This document shows, piece after piece, positions 58,652-64,000 of a stretch of DNA of 64,000 nt. Origin of the DNA: Tubulanus polymorphus (Eukaryota > Animalia > Nemertea); the NCBI RefSeq assembly GCF_964204645.1, contig NC_134027.1:16524485-16588484 (forward strand), given 5' to 3'. Position 1 is the stretch's first letter; each line of letters begins with the position of its first letter. The translations under genes were made by a program, and so were the position numbers. The notes below the pieces were generated by a model, which searched no databases, was not told the DNA's origin, and saw nothing but the letters and a program-made list of their open reading frames with translations.

Positions 58652-59831
58652 TTTTTTTATTATATAAATGGTAGATAGTTTTCCAAAAGCTTTCCAATAT
58701 AATAAATCAATTAAATATAATATTCCTGCAATAGATTTTAATAAAGATATTTCATATAGAAATGTAGTTTTAAATTCATTAATTAATTTCGATATTTATG
58801 TTACTGAAACTAATAATTTTAATGCAAAGATGGAAAATATATTTCAGGTATATTTAATTAATTTAAAAAAAATGAAAGATGAAAAACAATGGTTATTAAA
58901 ATCTAATATGAAGTATTGGCAGAACCAATTAAATTTTGCAGTTTATTGTGTAACAACAGGATGTGGAATTGGTTTAAATGATCATTTGAATAATTCTAAA
59001 TATAAATTAATTCAAAGTTCATTTAGATTCCATAAATACTTTCAAATAAGGTTAATATTAAATGAATTAGAGACACCTTTACCAGGATCTAGGTATTTTA
59101 AAGAATTAGATAATAATATTAATTTATCAAAGTTTTATAAAATTTGTAATGAATTTAATATAGACATAAATAATTCTGATTTAAGAACAAAAATTGGAAC
59201 AATAAGATCACTTCCTTGCCCTAAAAAAATTGTAAAAATATTGTGCACTTCCCATACCATCTAATAGTTTTTATAATATCTATAATAATAAATTAGGTTT
59301 TGGTAAAATATAAACTTTGGATTTAGAAACATTAAATTTCATTAAATTACCGAAATTTTATAATAATTTAAACAAGAAAATAATAATGGTTGGGTTTATT
59401 TTATTTTAGAAAATAGTGAAGGTTTTACTAAAGCTGGTATACAAAGAATAAATCAATCAATTAGAACTTATTTGATATGTATTCTAGGATCACAAGTTGA
59501 AACAAGATCCCCAATAATTGGAAATTTAAATACATCATTTGATCCACAAAAAAAATTTAAAGTTTTATTTGAAGATTCCATTCATAATGATAAAAATAGA
59601 TCAATTCCAGAAAATATAGTCAGGTACCAACATTATTTAGCTAAATCACATGTAAGATTAAATTATTGTATTGGTCCTAATTTATTAATTATTTCTGATC
59701 ATTTAATATAAAAAATGGGAAATATAATTGGTTATAATAATTTGATTAAAACTGCAACAATAAACAATAAGTTTGGGTTTAATGATATAAATAAAAAAAT
59801 TATCACTGCTCAAAAACTAATGGAAGGTGAA

Positions 59832-61100
59832 ACTAGGGGTCCAGGGACACCATGCCCACTTGGGAAGTGGTTCCAAATGCTCAACAATCTAACAATTTCA
59901 ATATTCAACGCCCCCTGGTGACCATATACAGAATCCAATGACCTTGAAACTCACCACAATCATAGAACATGTCAGCAGTTACGATTTTGTAATTGATTGT
60001 GATAACAAAATTTGCCTCGTTACCACTTTAATATGGAAATACTAAGTTATTCTACTATTCAACGCCCCCTGGTGACCATATTCAAAACCCATTGACCTTG
60101 AAACTCACCACAATCATAGAACATGTCACGAACTATAACTTTGTAATTGATCATGGTAACAAAATATGCCTAGGTACCAATATAATAAGGAAATACTAAG
60201 TTATTCTAATATTCAACGCCCCCTGGTGACCATATAGAATAACTAATGGCCTAAAAACTTGCCACAATCATAGATGATGTCATGAGCTACAACTTTGCAA
60301 TTGATTGTGGTTACAAAATATGCATTGATACGAATATAATATAGAAATACTAAGATAGTGCATTATTCAACGCCCCCTGGTTGCGATATACAAAAATCAA
60401 TGACCTTGAAATTCACCACAATCATAGAACACGTTATGAGCTACAACTTTCTAAATGATTGTGGTAAAAAAATACACTTAGGTATCAATATAATGTGGAA
60501 AAACTTTTTCCCACTTACGAATGAGTACTGCTGACACCAAGATGGCCGCCATTTGCGTCATAATTGGCTGATGAAAAATACCTGTCTGGTATAAAACATC
60601 CCTTTCCAAAGAATACCCATCACAAATTGCAATGAGAAATGATAACTCAGTAGGAAGCTACAGGACTCAGAATTTGGGCCAAAATTAACATTTTTGGGCA
60701 CTAAAAAGGTCATAGGACGGCCATCTTGAGTATACGACCCAATCTTTGTTATGCTGATTGGCCCTGGGGGAATTCACATATATCCGAAAGATCAAGGTAA
60801 TTGATCAAAGTGTCTTCAAAATTTCCCTCAAAAAGTTCAAAAATGTGTAAAAAGTGCTGATTTTGGCGAACAACAATGGCTGCCAGTCGGCCATCTTGAA
60901 TCTGACAGGGCCAGTTTTTGGGCTGAAGATGTGTCTAGGGTAGATACATGTGTAACCCAAATATCAAGACATTACCTTGAAGCGTCTTCAAAACTTCCCA
61001 AAATAACTGGATTCCATCTACGGACGGACAGACGAACGGACGGACGACGGACGAAAATTGAACGCAATAGCCCGCTGGGACTCAAGTCCCAAGTGGGCTA
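59832..61100 (-). mobile_element. HINE / pearl-like non-autonomous Helentron
   Basis: subTIR GCCCACTTGGGA and its inverse in terminal hairpin TAGCCCGCTGGGACTCAAGTCCCAAGTGGGCTA; (ACGG)n microsatellite near 61020-61053; four ~155-bp internal tandem repeats; A|A insertion without TSD. Confidence 0.88.
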
Positions 61101-61198
61101 AAAATTAAAAAATATATTCAATCACTTGAAACTAAAACTAAGAATATCAAATTGGATAATGATTCTTAAATAAAAAATTACAATACATCAGAAAATAT

Positions 61199-63598
61199 AA
61201 CAAGAGCCCCAAGGGGCACAATGGCCAGCCTGTCAGATTTGCTTTTTATAAATGATGTAATCTGTGGGTTATATTTATCAATATACACTCCCTGCTCAAT
61301 ATCATTAACATAGTAAAATCGTGTGTTAACACAGACAGCAGGAACGAATGTAATATAGAAATACTAGGTTATTGTATTGTTCAACGTCCCTGGTGGCCAT
61401 ATACAAAAACCAATGAGCTTGAAACTCACCAAGATCATAGACCATGTCATGAGCTACAACTTTCCAATTGATTGTGGTAGCAAAATATGCATAGGTACGA
61501 ATGTAATATAGAAATACTAAGTTATTGTATTGTTCAACGCCCCCTGGTGGCCATAAACAAAAACCAATGAGCTTGAAACTCATCTCGATCGTAGAACATG
61601 TCATGAGCTACAACTTTCCAATTGATTATAGTAGCAAAATATGCTTAAGTATCAATTATGATGTGGAAAAACTTTTTTTCCACCTACGAATGAGTACTGA
61701 TGACCCCAAGATGGCTGCCAAGTGCGTCATAATTGCCTGGTCAAAAATACCCTCTCGGATATAAAAGATCCCTTTCCAAAGAATACCCATCACAAATTGC
61801 AATGAAACATGGCACACCATTAGAAAGCTACAGTACTCAGAATTCAGGCCAATATTGACATTTTTTTGGGAACAAAAAAGGTTACAGTACGGCCATCTTG
61901 AGTCCGATCGACCCAATTTTTCTCATGCCGATGGGCCCTCGGGGGATACAAAGGCCGGATACAAATATATACGAATGATCAAGGTTATTGATAAAAGTGT
62001 CTTCAAAATTTCCCTCGAAAACTTCAAAAAGTGCTGATTTTGGCGAACAACAATGGCTGCCAGTCGGCCATCTTGAATCTGACAGGGCCAGTTTTTGGCC
62101 TGAAGATGTGTCTAGGGTAGATACACGTATAAACCAAATATCAAGACATTACCTTGAAGCGTCTTCAAAACTTTGGAACTCTCACGAACTATCTAGATGG
62201 TTATCTCTCGACCTAAATAGCTTCAAGACCCATCTCAAAAAAACTTTGTTCCATGCAGCATACCATTAACTCTCGGAAAGCGAATTTTATTTAAAATTTT
62301 TTTGGCAGAATAAAATTTGATTGAATTTGCAATTCGGGCACATGGCTAATTAGCATATCAAGGTCATACACCCGATTTGGTAAAACCTTTTTTTTTCGTG
62401 AACCTTGCGCAATTGTCAAGGATGAATTTTCTGTAGAGCAAATAAAAATTCCTCCCAAACACCAAATCAACTAAAGATTTCATAGAAATCGATCTTGAAA
62501 TACAATTTTAAATCTTAAAATAAAACCAGGAAGTAAAACAGTAGACGATACCGCGGGTTCACGTGAACACCTGATTTCTGTAAACGAAATGTTGGTTGTG
62601 ACAAAATTGTTCAGACGGTTTGAGGTGGTAATAAGTACGGAAACGTAACGACCATGGTCGACTTATTCGATGAAATCAGGCCTATGTGATATCCAAATTT
62701 TGACTTTTTTATTCTCCAGACCTCCCTGATATAGAAATAAAAGATTTTGGTGGTACGAAAGTGCAATCACAGCGCCGACGGGGACAGAGCCGTGTCAGAG
62801 ATCAGCGGAGTGAAAATTGAGGTGGACGAACACGAAGAAGTAGGCTATTGCGCTACTTGAATCACGAAAACTCCTGGCGCGGCCCCGACGCTTTTCGTTG
62901 ATTAAGTAATACAAATATCATGCAATGGGTTTTCACAATCGACCGCTGGTATTTACCGGATTTCAATATCACTCCAAAATTCAAAGAAACCTTGAAATAT
63001 CGAACCGGAATACTTCCGGTAGATATCCGCGGCTGCCCAACCGGGAAACTTATTAGTTTCAATAGATATTGATAGGATCCATCATCTTCACCCGTCAAGG
63101 GATTCGAAACCACTAAGCTAAAGCCATGCCAGAATCGGGTCGGGCCAATCACAGCGCTTGTAACAAACCACATTAGGCTTCTGTGGAATTTCCCAGTAAA
63201 TGGGCCAATCAGCGAACACGTAGCGAACGCGGAAGTATTGTCGCGTGTTGATACATGAAGTCATGCGCAAAAGCGCCAGTAATGAAATCGCGATAATTCA
63301 CGTGAACAGCTGCTGATATTTTCAGATAAACCAATCACAGGGAAGATACAACTTCCTGATTGGCTGATAAAAATTGAAATTTTCCCGATTTAACTTTCGT
63401 GAAAAATGCAGAAAACATTTTTATGAGACCCTATTTCAAAATTCTGCTCGCTACGATTCCGAGAATGGATTACGCTTAAATACGTGATTTGTTCGAATAT
63501 GCCCTCACTTGGCAAGCAAGAGAGCCTATTGTGTGGAAACCATGTCATTTAAATTCGCTCCATTTGTATAGTAATAGGCTCAGCCTACGGCTGGCCTA
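61199..63598 (-). mobile_element. Second HINE-like element sharing internal repeats with the first
   Basis: Stem-loop GCCCC-AA-GGGGC plus subTIR GGCCAGCC; terminal hairpin TAGGCTCAGCCTACGGCTGGCCTA; 61350-62170 similar to 60200-60995. Confidence 0.8.
62172..62330 (+). pseudogene. Extreme 3' end of an L2/CR1-type LINE
   Basis: LWNSHELSRWLSLDLNSFKTHLKKTLFHAAYH* resembles the WNxLP...FKxxLKTxLF ORF2 terminus; AATAAA follows. Confidence 0.5.
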
Positions 63599-63738
63599 AA
63601 AACTGATATCATTCAACATGATATAATTAAAACTAATAATTATAATAAGTCACATGAAAATACTAAATTAGCTATAACTTGTTTAGGAATTGTAATTGGA
63701 GGAATATTATATTTTAAATTTTAATTTTCTATTATTAA

Positions 63739-64000
63739 ATGGAAGAGGATATTCCAATGGATACTTTTGGTGACGCCCCAGGTATAAGTGATGAACCACG
63801 ACTTGATTTTCCTGATACTAGTATCAGTAATGAGGATGGATCAGAATATAACAATAATTTAAATAATGATGAAGATGATTCTAGTGGGCCTATATTATAT
63901 GATTATGATGAATTTAAAGATGATACTGAAACAAATGAAAAATTAATAGATTATTTAGAATCCCTCGATGAGAAAATAATCAAAACTAGACCAGAAAGAA
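63739..64000 (+). CDS. Start of the copy-2 homolog of the 36176 gene (partial)
   Basis: MEEDIPMDTFGDAPGISDEP versus MDVEGGEDIPMDPLDEPGISDEQ. Confidence 0.7.
   Translation, partial: MEEDIPMDTFGDAPGISDEPRLDFPDTSISNEDGSEYNNNLNNDEDDSSGPILYDYDEFKDDTETNEKLIDYLESLDEKIIKTRPER

Larger units (their letters stand above)
58668..63724 (+). pseudogene. Copy-2 homolog of the 77-1287/35959-36160 gene, frameshifted and interrupted by two HINEs
   Basis: Pieces 58668-59831, 61101-61198 and 63599-63724 align in order to the reconstructed copy-1 gene. Confidence 0.85.
55900..64000. mobile_element. AT-rich Polinton-like endogenous virus, copy 2 (left end; more decayed; continues beyond window)
   Basis: Starts with a terminal palindrome, then a subterminal sequence matching the reverse complement of 45459-45556; genes colinear with copy 1. 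Confidence 0.85.

Noticed and set aside
63135-63370. Host promoter suggested by clustered CCAAT boxes
   Set aside because: Lies inside a HINE with no associated host gene; function cannot be supported.

Overview
AT-rich eukaryotic (probably invertebrate) genomic DNA made almost entirely of nested mobile elements; no ordinary host gene is recognisable. (1) Two related AT-rich Polinton-like endogenous viruses: copy 1 spans <1-45922 and copy 2 spans 55900->64000. Together they encode a major capsid, minor capsid, FtsK/A32 ATPase, rve-chromodomain integrase, an HNH nuclease, zinc-finger proteins and several membrane proteins. No DNA polymerase is visible in either, and each visible end is a large fold-back palindrome (366 bp and 121 bp). 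(2) A 34.7-kb insertion (1288-35958) splits one gene of copy 1. It consists of two Helentron-like elements, one inserted into the other, carrying 31-bp and 205-bp satellite arrays, MITEs, a PHD/USP-like cargo gene and an intact BEL/Pao LTR retrotransposon. (3) A separate GC-rich canonical Maverick fragment (45923-50730: integrase C-terminus, frameshifted pPolB, AGTAGT end) is cut by copy 1. (4) A decayed BEL/Pao element containing a MULE-like MITE is cut by copy 2. (5) Two HINE/pearl-type elements sit in the same viral gene of copy 2. The main candidate novelty is a ~14-kb polymerase-less, hairpin-ended integrating virus, plus an in-frame palindromic micro-insertion (GAVRHPHG) shared by two of its genes. 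All protein calls are from motif recognition by eye; no database search was run.
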